DNA of 64,000 bases, taken from NCBI GenBank assembly GCA_012295275.1, contig CM022672.1, positions 33,914,001-33,978,000 on the forward strand, given 5' to 3'. The notes under the pieces were generated by a model. It was given only the letters and a program-made list of their open reading frames with translations, did no database searches and was not told the DNA's origin. Made by a program: the position numbers and the translations under genes. Source of the stretch: Chrysomallon squamiferum. Lineage: Eukaryota > Animalia > Mollusca. This document shows positions 16,324-64,000 of the stretch, piece after piece (position 1 is the stretch's first letter; each line of letters opens with the position of its first letter).

Positions 16324-17739
16324 AAATCAGTCTGCTAGGAGTAAAAGACAGGGAGAGGAGTGATAGAGGGGGAGGAGTGACAGAGGGGGAGGGGTTTGGC
16401 AGTGTAACCACACAGCAGTGATAACTGGCTCAACCTCTCTCAGTTCAGTTTGTGTTCAGTGTGTGTCAGACTTGCTAGGTGTTGGCAGTACTAGAGCTTG
16501 TTACTGTTACATTCATGTGAGTTACAGTTCTGACAAGGAACTGATTGAGAGACAAGGGGAGGGAACAAGGACTGCGTCTCTCATCAGTTATGTTCAGGGG
16601 AGGGACAGGATTGACTGACAAGGTGAAAGAGAAGGAAAGATGGACGAATGAAAAAGACGAAATGTGAAAAAAAAGAGGAATATTCCAGGAAGAAGTTAAA
16701 TGGAACTTTGTGGTCAAATTTTGAATGTGAACTTAGAAAAGATTTGTTTAAAAGTGTATGTGTTTTATATATAAAATGAGATAGAGAGAGAGAGAGAGGA
16801 AAGGAAAGCTGGAGGAAAGAAAAAGGAGGAATATGAAAAAGGAATGAATACTTGAACAAAAAAATGCCTTAAGTGGATGTTTATTGTTGTCTTCTGAATA
16901 AGAATTTAAATATATTTTATTTAACATCTATCCTCATATTATACTGAAATCTATGTAATATATAGAGAAAGTGACAAGGGGAGAATTAAATGAAAAATGG
17001 AGGATTAAAAGGAGAAATATCAAAAAGGAGTGAAAACTTTCACAAAGGACTTTACTGGATGTTAATCGGTGGGTTCTAAATAAGAATTTAAAATAAACTT
17101 TTTAAACATTTATCCAGAAATGAAAAAATGTGATGAAAGAAAAATAATGTTCATCCTTGTAGATACTGCACAAGAAAGCAACTAGACATGCAAAAAATTT
17201 AATATTATTTTTAAATCTGTGAAATACAGTTGTGAGTTCTTCACTTAGCGCTGATTAAATTACAGTTACACACAGAAAGCAGAGATAGCCTATCATTCAT
17301 GTGATTGCCGGATGATTAGGAGATGATTGCCTTGTGATTGGTGCATGATTAGGCTGATTAGGATGTGATTATTCTGTGATTATGCTGTGTTTACTTTCTG
17401 ATTTAAGATTTGATCATGTTTACGACACATGCATCAGTCTGAGCTTGATGTTCAAGAGGTGAGTTCAAAAGACTAAGTAAATATTTACCTGTTTAACTTT
17501 CAGATCATCATCAAAAACAGTTTGAAATATTCCATCTGACTTCCTTCTCTCAAGTATTTAAAAAATAATTTAGAAATTTGAATGTTTTTGCATGTTTTTT
17601 AGGTTAATGTGAGTTTGGTTAGAGTGATGATATGTTATTTAAAACAGTTGTGTAGGCATTTAAAAAAAACAAAAAAACAAACTGGTTGAGAGTGTTTTAA
17701 AACTGCTAGATACTTGATTATTCTTAAATATATCTGCTT

Positions 17740-17817
<78 letters not shown>

Positions 17818-17943
17818 ATTATTATCTACATTGTATGACCTTTGAAAACACACACACATACACACATATACAAACACATACACACAAACAAACATACACA
17901 CAGGCACATGCACAAACACAGACAATATATATTTATATATATT

Positions 17944-17989
<46 letters not shown>

Positions 17990-18282
17990 GAGTGAGAGTT
18001 TATCTGACTGTGTGTTTAAATCATATTTAAATGTCATGGTAACAGGTTGTATGTTCTGTGTGGGGTTGGGTAATGAGCTGATATAATTGTGTAAATTATG
18101 TTTTTCTAGATAATTGTGTTCTACTCATGATAAATTCCCACTGAGTGAATCATTAAATAATCAGATAAAAACGTCTGAAATAGATTTAATGATTCTATGT
18201 GTGTGTGTAATTTTGTTTTATGAGCATATGTATATGAATGTGTCTGTGTTTGTGTGTCTATATGTCTTTGTGTCTATATGTC

Positions 18283-18324
<42 letters not shown>

Positions 18325-19227
18325 GCATAACATGTTTAAAGATAAATTAGTATAATTTAATTTTTTTTCCCCATATTACATATTTTAAATACATTTTTAA
18401 AGAACCTTAATCAATGGAAAAAAAAGAATAAAAACAAAATTTGCATCAGCTCAGTCTTTGAAGTTAATTTATACTGCCTATATGTTTATTCTTTACAAGT
18501 TATTTCTTTATTCTGTCACTGCTCTTCCTATGCATATAAAGTGCAAGTATTTTAATATAATAGAAACTTTGCTTTTATTAATTAATATCCTTTGAAACCC
18601 AAAACAGTAACTGTTTTCATCAATATTTGATTTTTTGTTGCCGTCAAACTAATAAATAGCAAGAAAATAAACTAAACATGTTCAGTGCCCAGTTTTTGAA
18701 TGTTGCTAATTTTATTTTTGTAAATAACACTCATTAACAGAAGAGAGAAAAATGTTTAAAACAATGTACACTGATTTAAACATGAACTTCAGAGAAAACT
18801 TAATTTCTCACAAATATCAGATCATTTAACATGGCAAAACTGGAACCAGAGTTGATTCAGATTTCGATTTTTTTTTTTTTTTTTTTTTTTTTTTTCAGGA
18901 CCAAATAATAATTATTATGTACTAAGAATACAAAGTGAATGATGAATAACTGTAATCAACAGACACAAAGTAATAAATTTCTGAAGTCAGATTCTCCACA
19001 GTTTTATTTTTCTAGAAGCCTGGTTGAATTTTATGTTTCCTGTGTTAATTATGATAACAGATGGTTTATCTGTTGAGGCAGTCATTTTAATAATGCTGTT
19101 AGTCACTGGAAACTGATATGATTGTGTAAAAATGTTAAATGAGCAATGATAGGAACAATGGTGTGAGTGTTGTATAACACAGAATCAATATACATATTGT
19201 TAATTGTTTAATAGCATGTGAATATTT

Positions 19228-19265
<38 letters not shown>

Positions 19266-19499
19266 AGAGAAATTCATATTTAATTGAAAAATATATTGCA
19301 TTCATGAGAATGCAGATTTTTAATTATTTATTTGTTTGTTATTTTGTTTATTAATCTTTTTTAGTTTATTGATTAATTTATTTATTATAGCTGAAGAAAT
19401 TAAAAAATTATATAAAAATAAGAATGAAAACTTGTAAGTGATATTAATAAATTTAACTTAAATTTTTTTATAAAAAAGTTTTCTATTCATCTGTCTTTA

Positions 19500-19730
19500 C
19501 TCATTTATATATCAGTTTAAAAAAATAAATACAGTGATATTTACATGTATTTATTTATATATCAGTTTAAACAAATAACTAGTGATATTTACATGTATTT
19601 ATATATATATATATATCAAATATATACAGTGATATTTATATTTATTTATATATCAAGTAAATACAGTGATAATTGCATGTATATTTATTTATATATCAGT
19701 TTAAACAAATAACTAGTGATATTTACATGA
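19500..19730. repeat. Degenerate ~45-50 bp AT-rich minisatellite
   Basis: Recurrent atttatatatcagtttaaa...agtgatatttacatg. Confidence 0.65.
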
Positions 19731-20014
19731 CTGGTCATTAGTTAAAAACTCCTATTTACGTGGGTGGTCATTATAGACAGGTTTCACTAACAATTAATTT
19801 AAATCACAATTTTAACTTGGGTGTGTAATTCTAGTAACTTACTACATGATTTCGCTTCATGTCTAATAAGAAAGAAAATAAAAACCTATGTTATCAGTGA
19901 ATCATGTAATTTCCTCACAGCAGTTTGTAATCTATCTCAGATATTGCACACCAGGAAATACTGAACAGACAGAATTATAAATCTTGGCTTCCCTGAAACA
20001 TTTGTTGTGCATAA

Positions 20015-20250
20015 ACTTAATTTAATTATTCTGTATAATAATAATTTTTTAAAACTATGGAATGTGTTTACTTGTTGTAAATTAACGTAATTTAATTATT
20101 CTGTATAATAATATATTTTTTTTAAAACTATGGAATGTGTTTACTTGTTGTAAATTAACATAATTTAGTTATTGTGTATAATAATATATTTTGAGACTGA
20201 AGAATGAGTTCAGATGTTGTTGATAAACATAATTTAGTCATTCTGTAGTT
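20015..20250. repeat. ~70 bp tandem repeat, ~3 copies
   Basis: aatttaattattctgtataataata...aaaactatggaatgtgtttacttgttgtaaattaac repeated. Confidence 0.7.
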
Positions 20251-20474
20251 AATGTATTTTTGAAAAAAAAAGCTGTGGAATGTGATGTCTTGCTGTTGAA
20301 GAGAAGGAATTGGCTTCAAGCCAGATTTGTTATGTCACAGTCATGTTTAGTTGAGGAATATGTTTTTAAATAACCATTTTGAATCGATTTTAGTTTTGTT
20401 TTATATTTAATTTTTTTATTATTTTTAATTTTTTTTTATTAATATTATTATTATTATTATTATTATTATTTTTA

Positions 20475-20522
<48 letters not shown>

Positions 20523-22548
20523 TATTATTATTATTATTTTTTATTTTTTTTATTTTTTATTATTGATTTTTGTTTTGTTTTTGTTTTGTTAATTTTAATT
20601 ACCTGGTTTCTATTCAGATACATTATCAGCACTGTTTCTGCTGTATTTTAAATTAAATTTAAATATCTATGTCATTGTTATTATTGATATTTTTAAGTAT
20701 CATTTAAAATTTGTTATTTTTATTTATTTATTTATTTAATTTTATTTTTCTTTATTTTGTTGTTTTTGGTGTTTTTGTACTACTACTACTACTACTACTA
20801 CTAATAATTATTATAATAATAAAAATAATAATAATAACAATGACAATAAGAGTAACAAAAACATTAATAATTGTAACAACAACACAAATAACAATATGAG
20901 AAATAAAGCCTGCAGATTTCAGTACATAGGTAACATTTACAGATTGAAACAATACATACCACAGCCTTTTATAAAGTAATCTTTGTTATAGTTCAAATTT
21001 CATAGGCGTGACACAGATTATATATTACACAGAAATAAAACATATTTACATTAAGTATTTGTAGCTGTAGGAATAGTCTGGTAGTAGTGGTGATGGTGGT
21101 GGTTGTGGTGGTGGTAGTAATAGTAGCAGCTATATTAGAAATGGTGACAGAGGTAGAGGTAAATGTAGTAGTAGTTGTAATTATGATAGTGTCAGCACTG
21201 CTAATAGTAGTAGTAGTGGTAATAAATAAAATGAAACTGATATATCTGTTCCATACATGATTATCTGTGTTATATTGATGACAGCAGAAGAAATAGATGT
21301 AGTAGTAGTAGTAGTAGTAGTAATAGTAGCAGTAGTAGCAGCAGCAGCAGCAGCAGCCGTAGTAGTAGTAGTAGTAGTAGTAGTAGTAATGATAAATTAA
21401 AAAAAATATATATCAGGTCTTTATATGATTATACAGTGTTATTCTGGTGTCAAAAGCAGATGCAGTAGTAGTAGTTGTTGCAGTAATTATGGCAATGTCA
21501 GCAGTAGTAGTAGTGATAAATAAAATAAAACTAATAAATCACCTCTATACATGATTATTCAATGTTAGTCTGGTGTCAGAAGTAGATGTAGTAGTAGTAG
21601 TAGTTGTAGTTGTTAAAATAGTGTCAGTAAAAATGGTGTCAGTAGTAATAGCAGTGACAGTAGCAGTAGTAGTAGTAGTAGTAGTTAAAATTGTAGTAAT
21701 AGTAGTAATAGTAGTAATAGTAAATAAAATAAAACAAGTAATTTTTATATCAGCTCTGTACATGTTTTTTTTTTGTTAACCTCAATCTGTGTTTGATCTA
21801 TTCGTACACACAAAGTTTGACAAAACATCAAATCTCAAAAACAAACAAACAAATATTTGTTTATCCCTGACTTTAAAATAGTGTCAATAGTACTAGTAGC
21901 AGTAGCCAGTGAACCCTGGAATATTCAGTCTGGAGAGAGATAACTGAGTTGATTCAGAACAGGCCATGAATTAAACAGTATTTAGAGTTACTAGTTGTCT
22001 GCTACTTAAAATCTTGTTAATATACAATATACCAGTCGTTTTAGTGTCTGGAGTTTTGTAAGTGTTATTGTTTTTATTATTATTATTTATTTGTTTGAGA
22101 TATAAATTTGATAAGCTAAGGTAGTATAATGTTTTTTACTTATGGTATAAATCGTATAAATATTTTATTTTAGCCTGTTGTATAAATCTGATAAGGCAGT
22201 TTATGTAAAGTTTTTGATTTCTGTTTAGTGTTGGGTTATTTTTCAGAAGGTTCTTAAACATTTTATTAATAGATTAGAAGAATAAACTACATATCTTTTT
22301 TAGCTCTCTTTACTGTATTTTTTTATGATTATTTATTTGTACAGTTCAAAATGTATTAGGTAAACTTATAATTTTTTACATGTGATATAAATTGTAAAAA
22401 TTTTTTTTTTTATTTTTAACCTGTTGTACTTTTTAAATGTTCTGTTGTAATAAAATAATTTGTTTGTTATTCTATTTTAGATGAGAAAAACAAATCCAAT
22501 TTTTTGTTGGATGTATTTATCTATAAAATAATAAAATAATAATAATAA

Positions 22549-22579
<31 letters not shown>

Positions 22580-23461
22580 TTAATCATGATGTATAAAATA
22601 ATAATAATAATAAAAATAAAATAATAATAAAAAAAAATAACAACAAACTGCAAAAAATAAAACAATTAAATAAACACAAAAAAGCACTAAATGCTTATTT
22701 TGGTAACAGACAAACAGACAGAGGGAGATATACATGAAATAATTTAAAGTAGATAAACATGTATGTTCTGTGTATATCACAATTTAGTTCATGTTTATGA
22801 AAATACATTTTAATTGTAAATGAGATTAATATTCTTTGTAATGTATGTGGTGTATAGATAATGTTTAATAAGTATAAATGTTAATTATATATTTTATAAA
22901 TAACTAGCACTAACCAAGGTTTTGTTTAATTTCTTTACATCTGTTGAAAAAAAATATATATCAATACGATGACATCAATTGGAGTTGTTTCCCTTTAATC
23001 ATATTATGTAACAGAATACAAATTCTGTTAATTTTTCTTTTTTTTAAATTTCATTTGCTTGTTTATTTATTATATATTTATTTGTTTTGATGTTTATTTA
23101 TTTATTTATTTTTGTAGTCACAGTTTTTCTAAATATTTTAAGATTCATTTGTAAAACTTGATTAATTTAAATTGAGTCATTATACCAGTACATTCAGTTA
23201 TTACAAATTAATTAATATTATTAATTTAACAATAAGTAAATTCAGTAATTAATTCAGTATATTTACATTTTAGTATTATTAATTTAAAAATAATAAGTAA
23301 ATTCAGTAATTAATTCAGTATATTTGCATTTTTTTTATATTATTAAATTAACAATGATAGTTACATTTACACTAAATAAGTAATTGTTATTTTATTTTAT
23401 TAAAATTTCTTTTCTTATATTCCAGTCTGGTTTCTGAGAGTGGACACTGCAGTGGTCAGTG

Positions 23462-33229
<9,768 letters not shown>

Positions 33230-33479
33230 TGACGTGTCTGTGTTCTGTACACGTGTGTGTGTGTGTGTGTGTGTGTGTAGCGACGTGTCTGTGTTCTGTA
33301 CATGTGTGTGTGTGTGTGTGTGTGTAATAGGTTCTGTGTTCTGTACACGTGTGTGTGTGTGTGTGTGTGTGTAATGGGGTCTTTTTCGTATGTATGAATC
33401 ATGCTGAGTAACTTACAGATTGAATAAAACTGTGGAGAGAAAAAACAAAATATTATTAATGTGAAAAAGAAGCCGAGGT

Positions 33480-34150
33480 TTACAGCTGCACAAACTGTAC
33501 AAAACTGTGGAAAAATGTAAACTGTACAACTGCCTGAAACTGTGCAAAAACGTAAATTGTACAACCGCACAAACTGTACAAAACTTTGGAGAAAACGTAA
33601 ATTGCACAGCTGCACAAACTGTACAAAACTGTGCAAAAACGTAAATTGTACAAATGCTCAAACTGTACAAAACCTGAACTGTAAAAAAATGTAAAACAAC
33701 CTAAATTTGTACAAAATGGTAGAAAAACCTAAACTGTACAAAAGTGGAAAAACAAACTGGAAAAACGTACAATATTGTGGAAAACGATTCCTGTGGAAAA
33801 ACATAAATTGTACAACTGTACAAAACTGTGGAAAACGTGGAAAAACGTAAATTGTACAACTGCACAAACTGTGCAATAACGTAAATTGTACAGCAGCACA
33901 AACTCTACAAAACTGGAAAAAACGAAAATTGTACAACTGCACAAACTGTGGAAAAACATAAATTGTACAAATGCTCAAACTGTACAAAACCTGAACTGTA
34001 AAACAATGTAAAACAACCTAAATTTGTACAAAATGGCAGAAAAACCTAAACTGTACAAAAGTGGAAAAACAAACTAAACTGTACAATATTGTGGAAAAAA
34101 ATCCTTCACTGTACAAAACTATGGGGAAATCTAAACTTTACAGAACTGCA
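33480..34150. repeat. Degenerate ~44-bp minisatellite in the probable 3' UTR
   Basis: Recurrent aaactgtacaaaactgtggaaaaacgtaaattgtacaactgcac, with a larger internal duplication (~33640-33785 vs ~33960-34097). Confidence 0.85.
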
Positions 34151-34499
34151 AAAATAATTCTTAAAGAAATAAGAATCAAACATAATTTTTAAGTTGTTTT
34201 TTTTAGCATATTCACTTACTTTGATCTCATTTTGATTACTGAAGTATTCCAGTTTAGACATAAAAGTAATATTAAGTGATGACATAATTTTTTAATCCAT
34301 GTTTTTGTTCTTGAACTTCTGCATTTATTCATATTATGTTGACACCTACTAACTAATGTTTTATTTTAGTGGTTTTTTTTAATCAGGTGTCATTAAACGT
34401 TCATTTGTTAATTACCATTTTTATATGCAAAAAAGATGCTATTATATATAATAAATATCCATAAACTGGAATAAAAAATAATAATAGCAAAAATAAATA

Positions 34500-34543
<44 letters not shown>

Positions 34544-37516
34544 AGAAGAAGAAATAACAAAGAAAAATATAAATAAATAAATAAATAAATAAATAATATT
34601 TGACCACCCATGCTGTACGTTGCTCAAATTGGTTGTTGCACATCGATGTAAACTAAAAAGTGAAAAATTATGGTAATCATTTGTCATATACATTCTCTTA
34701 CTTCTCAGAAGATTAAAAAATATGAAAGGTTTCTTGTAAAACAGATTACTACAATGTATTAAATTACAAGTGACGCAGTAGTAATAATGTTAAACAATGT
34801 TTCATATTGTGATAACATGTATTTAATAAAATAAATAAATAAATAAATAAATATTTAAAAAAGTGAAATAGTTATAATAATAAATAAAACTTTAATAAAA
34901 TGTTACTTGATTAGTCAAGCTTTAAAAGAAATTTGTGTTTAATAATAATAATAATAACTAATAATAAAAATAATAATAACTAATAATAATAATAATAATA
35001 ATAATGTTTTAATAACAAAAGATAAAAATCAGTCAAAATGTATTTCCGTTTAATCTGTATTTTCTAACCCTATTTCACATGCAGTTTTTGAAACAAGGCA
35101 TGTCACAGTAATAATTAATGGATGTATTCTTTACATGGTTAAAAAAATAAATATATTTTTTATATTTTCATCTCTGTACATGATTCATCATCACATCTTC
35201 AGTAAGTTTGTAATAAAATTACTTTTTTCATATTTTATTCCAGTGATTCTACTCAATGTGTTAATAATATATTATACAAGAATTTCACTTTAGGAAGAGG
35301 TTAAGAAATAAGATGTATATTTTTAAAGTGACAATATTTAATTGCTTTCGTGCCTTTATTATTACTATTATTATTATTATTATTATTATTGTTTATTTAT
35401 TGTCTATTTATTTATTTATTTATTTATTTATTTATATTATTTTGTTTGTTTCTAATGTAATTTACAATGCTAATAAAAAGTAAAATATTGATATAAATGT
35501 ATGACAAATAATGATGGTATTGGATTTTTTTTGTTTTCACACTCATCACATACAAAATGGGTGAATCTATCATTATTCCTTTGGCCTGTCATCATCATAG
35601 TCAGTTTATCATCATCATGCTGTTTCTTTAATCATCACGATGGCTTTATCATCATCCTTAATACTGATATCATCTTCAGAATCCATGGGAATTGTCTGTC
35701 TCTGTCACTTGAGGTTGAATATTCAGTCTATTCATAGTTTTTTTTTTTGTTATCTGGAGGTTTGATTAATCTATAAAAAAAACCTGTTGTTGTATTCAGG
35801 ATTTTCAATAAGGGCAATAAATCAATAAATCAGTAAATAATAACAGATGATAATGATGATGATGATAACAGTAATAGTTGTTTATTAGTGTAGTACTAGT
35901 GGTAGTAGTTATAGTAGTTTAGAATTATTATTTTTATTATTATTATTATTAATAATGATGATGATAATAATAATAATAATGGTAGTAATAGTACTAAAAG
36001 TAGTAAATGTATATTAAAGTACTTACTTGCAGGATCAACAAAAGTCAACACAAAAATCTATTTACATACATGGTTCATTTTGGAACCATTATTTAATCAA
36101 AGAGTTGTATATTACACATGGTTTATCACAAATATATCACAGTTACACGTGTAATACTAGATATCAAAAAATAATATGTGTCACAAAAATAAAATATTTA
36201 CACAAAACTAATATATAGCCCAATATAAAAATAATAATTAAAAAATGATAATAATGTAAAAAAGTATAAAATATCACATTAATTAATATTTGGAAAATAA
36301 TAATAATAATTTATATATATATAAATAATTGATATTATTGAAACAGATACTCCTAAATGCAAAATAGCTATCAATTTATTATAATAATAATAATAATAAA
36401 ATAATAATATGTTAGTTTCTAATAATGTTTTTTGGTACACTACTCTATAATTTTTCTACTTCCTTAATAAAAACAAAATAAAATAAAGATAAGACAGTTT
36501 TAAACCAGATCTTTGTATAAACAAAATACACAGGTATACATCACTGATTTAAACCATAACAACATAAACTGACATTCACTCAGTAACATACAAAATATTA
36601 CTAGTTAACTTATCCTGCACTGATTTCTAACAGAACCTACCTGACTGAATTATCTTAACAGCATTTGTTAAATATTTGTATAATTAATTTTTTAAACTTT
36701 TTAAGTTTACTGTATATAATAATGTAAATACCTACATAATATTAAAGTATAACTAATTAATATATACCAGTACTGCAAAAAAAAAGTGGAAACATTTATT
36801 TCTATTGTGTATGTTGTATTAAGATTGGTACAAAATATAAAGATATTAGAAAAAATAAATCCACTGGAAAATGAAATGCAATGCAGTGATATCAAACTGG
36901 TGATTATGCTGCATTTTGGAATTAATTCAGCTATGTTCCTAATTCTGTAAACATATTTATTTTGAAACCATTGTCATTTTTGGAAATATTTAATTATATT
37001 CCTAATTTTTTCTGACATTTTTATGTTTAATCTTTTTCAGACTTCTGAGTGAACCTTAACCGTATGTCCAATTATTATCAAAAGAAAAAAAAATGTTGGA
37101 TGTATTATTATATAAAATATTTTCCTCTCTATCACACACCCACACCCACACCCACAATTTTCATTGTTAGAAAAAAGATCTCTCTCTGTCTCATATTTTT
37201 ATATATGTAAGTTTTTTTCATCTTAGAGTTGTCAGACAGAAATACCTCAAAACTGAAACATTTTATCATTTTTCATTTGAATGTGCACTGTTACATTTAT
37301 AATGAAAATGAAACAAACAATAACAAAGATCATTAAAAATAGCATATACTGCATGAGCAGTATTTAAAATTTCCATTGTAGACACAAATCATAATTCACT
37401 TTCTTGTTTCTCTCTTGCCCGACCATGGTCACAGTTCACTGATTATGTTACACATGGTCACACTTCAGTGGTTTTCATGTCATTGCAGCATTTTAGACAC
37501 AAATGCTTAGATAGAC

Positions 37517-37557
<41 letters not shown>

Positions 37558-37838
37558 TATAAAATAAAACAATGCTGAAATCTAAATCCTCGTAAGAAAA
37601 GCTTTCTTCTGCAAAAAGAACCAGGATTGTTCTTTTTTTTTATTATTTTTTTTTTTTATAACATCACCTTCAGAAAACATTCAAAACAAAATGATTTTAA
37701 TTTTACATTTCAAATTTTTTGTAAATTTTATAACGAATATTAGGATTATAGATCTTGTTGGTTGCATTTCTGAATTGCTAACTTTTGTAGTGTTACTGAA
37801 TTTCTGTGCCACTTCATCTTTAATGATGCTGTCATTAT

Positions 37839-37884
<46 letters not shown>

Positions 37885-38119
37885 CAGCTGTAATTATTTT
37901 TGATGCCAACATAGTATTCCAAGAATATCATTGTTTCTTCATCATCGTCATCATCTTTATCATTATCACAGCTTTAGTTACTGTAGATGGCAACATTGTA
38001 ACTCCAGTTACTATTCTAACATCACAATACAAAAATAAAAACTGAAGTCTTAATACATTTGTGTAGTTTCTACCGTTTCAAACAAAATAAAACAAAGAGA
38101 GACAATTCATATCGGAACG

Positions 38120-38530
38120 ATCGATTTACCCAGTCTTTGTAGTCTTTTTCACCAGTCCAAGGAATTTCACTACTTTTAACATTCAAACTGAATTCAAGGG
38201 CGAGAATTGCTATTATTTGCTGTCACTATAATAAACCAGTCTCGCTTTACTCAGTCTTTGTAGTCTATTTAACCAGTCTCGCTTTACTCAGTCTTTGTAG
38301 TCTATTTATTAGTATGATGACCCAAACTCTTGCGTTACCCAGTCTGTATAGTAAATTTTAACCAATCCACTGAACGAACCTCCCATTATAATGGAACAGA
38401 ATTCTGCATTTACTCAGTCTTTGTATTCTTTTCCACCAGTCCAGTGAACAGAATCTCACTTTATTAAGGACCAGAACTCTAGTTTTACCCAGTCTTTGTA
38501 GTCTTTTTTCACCAGTCCTTGTAGACTTTT

Positions 38531-38545
<15 letters not shown>
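38120..38545. repeat. Degenerate repeats overlapping the AKNA-like stop codon and 3' UTR
   Basis: Recurrent ttac(t/c)cagtctttgtagtct...accagtcc; an additional ~110-bp copy lies at ~38793-38902. Confidence 0.75.
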
Positions 38546-62430
<23,885 letters not shown>

Positions 62431-62439
<9 letters not shown>

Positions 62440-62628
62440 CTGAAAACACAACACAACCATTAGCACCTGAAAACACAACACAACCATTAGCACCTGAAAA
62501 CACAACACAACCATTAGCACCTGAAAACACAACACAACCATTAACACCTGAAAACACAACACAACCATTAGCACCTGAAACACAACACAACCATTAGCAC
62601 CTGAAAACACAACACAAACCATTAGCAC

Positions 62629-62632
<4 letters not shown>
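62431..62632. repeat. 27-bp tandem repeat of the AKNA-like exon splice acceptor (7 full units plus a partial one)
   Basis: Sense unit GTGCTAATGGTTGTGTTGTGTTTTCAG; catta(g/a)cacctg at 62431, 62458, 62485, 62512, 62539, 62566, 62592 and 62620. Confidence 0.93.
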
Positions 62633-62660
<28 letters not shown>

Positions 62661-62683
62661 GTCTCTGTCAACCTGTCTCTCTC

Positions 62684-62722
<39 letters not shown>

Positions 62723-62763
62723 GTCATTAGTCCTGAAAACACAACCAGTATTACAACATTACT

Positions 62764-62855
<92 letters not shown>

Positions 62856-63494
62856 TCAGGTGCTTATGGCATCTTTATTGACAATAAAACATCACTAACA
62901 AAATAGTGATTTCTCGTTCTAAATACACTTATTGTTATGTTCTGACATATTGTCAATAAAGAAGGCATAAATTGTCACTCCCTGAAATAAATATATTTAG
63001 TATATTTTCATATCCTGTTTATAAAAAAAATCAGTTAGCTGTCTTGAACAATAAACTGTTATTTACTACTAACACTTGTTGGGCTGATCATATATTTAGA
63101 ATATTTCCAGATAATGTCAATACAAAAACCCTTACCTTCTGACACTAATAAAGTGTTATTATTGTTCACATTATGTGTTTTGAATACTAAATATATTTAC
63201 TAAATATATATTCCTAATCACTGGTTTATCTGAAATGTATATACCTGTGTAGGCTGATAAAGATTATGTATTCTGAATAATTCCTGTTAATTATTTTGTT
63301 TGGTTCTTTATAAAAGTAACATATAGACAGTTAAACAAACATCGTAATTGTATTTTTTAATACAATAAAAAATAGTTTGCAGAAATTCAGCTTTTATGTT
63401 TTAGAACATGAAAGTTAAAGAACAATATTTTCAAGTTTTATACATTAAGAATAAGAAGAATATTAACTTTCATTGGTACAAAGAACAGATAAAA

Positions 63495-63529
<35 letters not shown>

Positions 63530-63650
63530 CATATTAAAACTGTAAACTGATTTGACAGAATATTATTTTACAACAGATTTATAAAGCAGTGAGAATTAAA
63601 AAAGAAATAAATCTTTACTTACATGTTTAAGATGACAAAAAAAGAGTAAA

Positions 63651-63703
<53 letters not shown>

Positions 63704-64000
63704 AATAATAACAATCAGGAACATAATAATAATAATAATTAATTATTATTGTAATATAACCCAATAATAATATATGATAATAATAATATATAACAACAAT
63801 AATAAAACAATAATAATATATATCAATAATATAACATATAATATATATATTATAACAATATATAAATAATAATATAATAATAAAATAAACAATAAACAAT
63901 AACAATACCAATTATAACAATAACAATAACAATAACAATAACAATAACAACTTAGAAAAACAGAAAATCTGTAAAAAAAAATCCACATTTTTCTCTACTA

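Noticed and set aside
18867-19263. Poly-T (18867-18895) and poly-A (19232-19263) tracts as retroposon tails or a hairpin element
   Set aside because: No SINE/LINE body, Pol III boxes or target-site duplication was recognisable; homopolymers are common throughout the window.

Overview
This is eukaryotic (animal, probably invertebrate; mollusc-like is an inference) genomic DNA. Introns are very AT-rich and saturated with microsatellites, while the long exons are GC/CpG-rich. Almost all ORFs in the supplied track are simple-repeat artefacts. Two convergent, intron-containing genes could be spliced by hand with consistent intron phases. (1) Plus strand, 23462-33229: an NSP-family adaptor (BCAR3/SH2D3C-like), 6 coding exons, about 845 aa. 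It has an SH2 domain, a Cdc25/RasGEF-like domain and an extra N-terminal SAM domain. (2) Minus strand, 62439-38531: an AKNA-like coiled-coil protein, 15 coding exons in the window, about 2060 aa or more, with its start codon outside the window. Three single-base frameshifts fall at short G/C runs and are probably assembly errors. The most striking unexplained structure is that locus-specific tandem arrays repeatedly sit at exon junctions and often copy the splice signal itself. Examples are a 27-bp in-frame GT..CTAAT..TTTTCAG acceptor array, about 25 copies of an AG|GT acceptor unit, and several donor-anchored arrays. Introns also hold an 11-copy CRE (TGACGTCA) array, a cluster of U1-5'-end-like ACTTACCT motifs and a perfect 36-bp inverted repeat. 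No RNA genes, CRISPR arrays or recognisable transposon ORFs were found.
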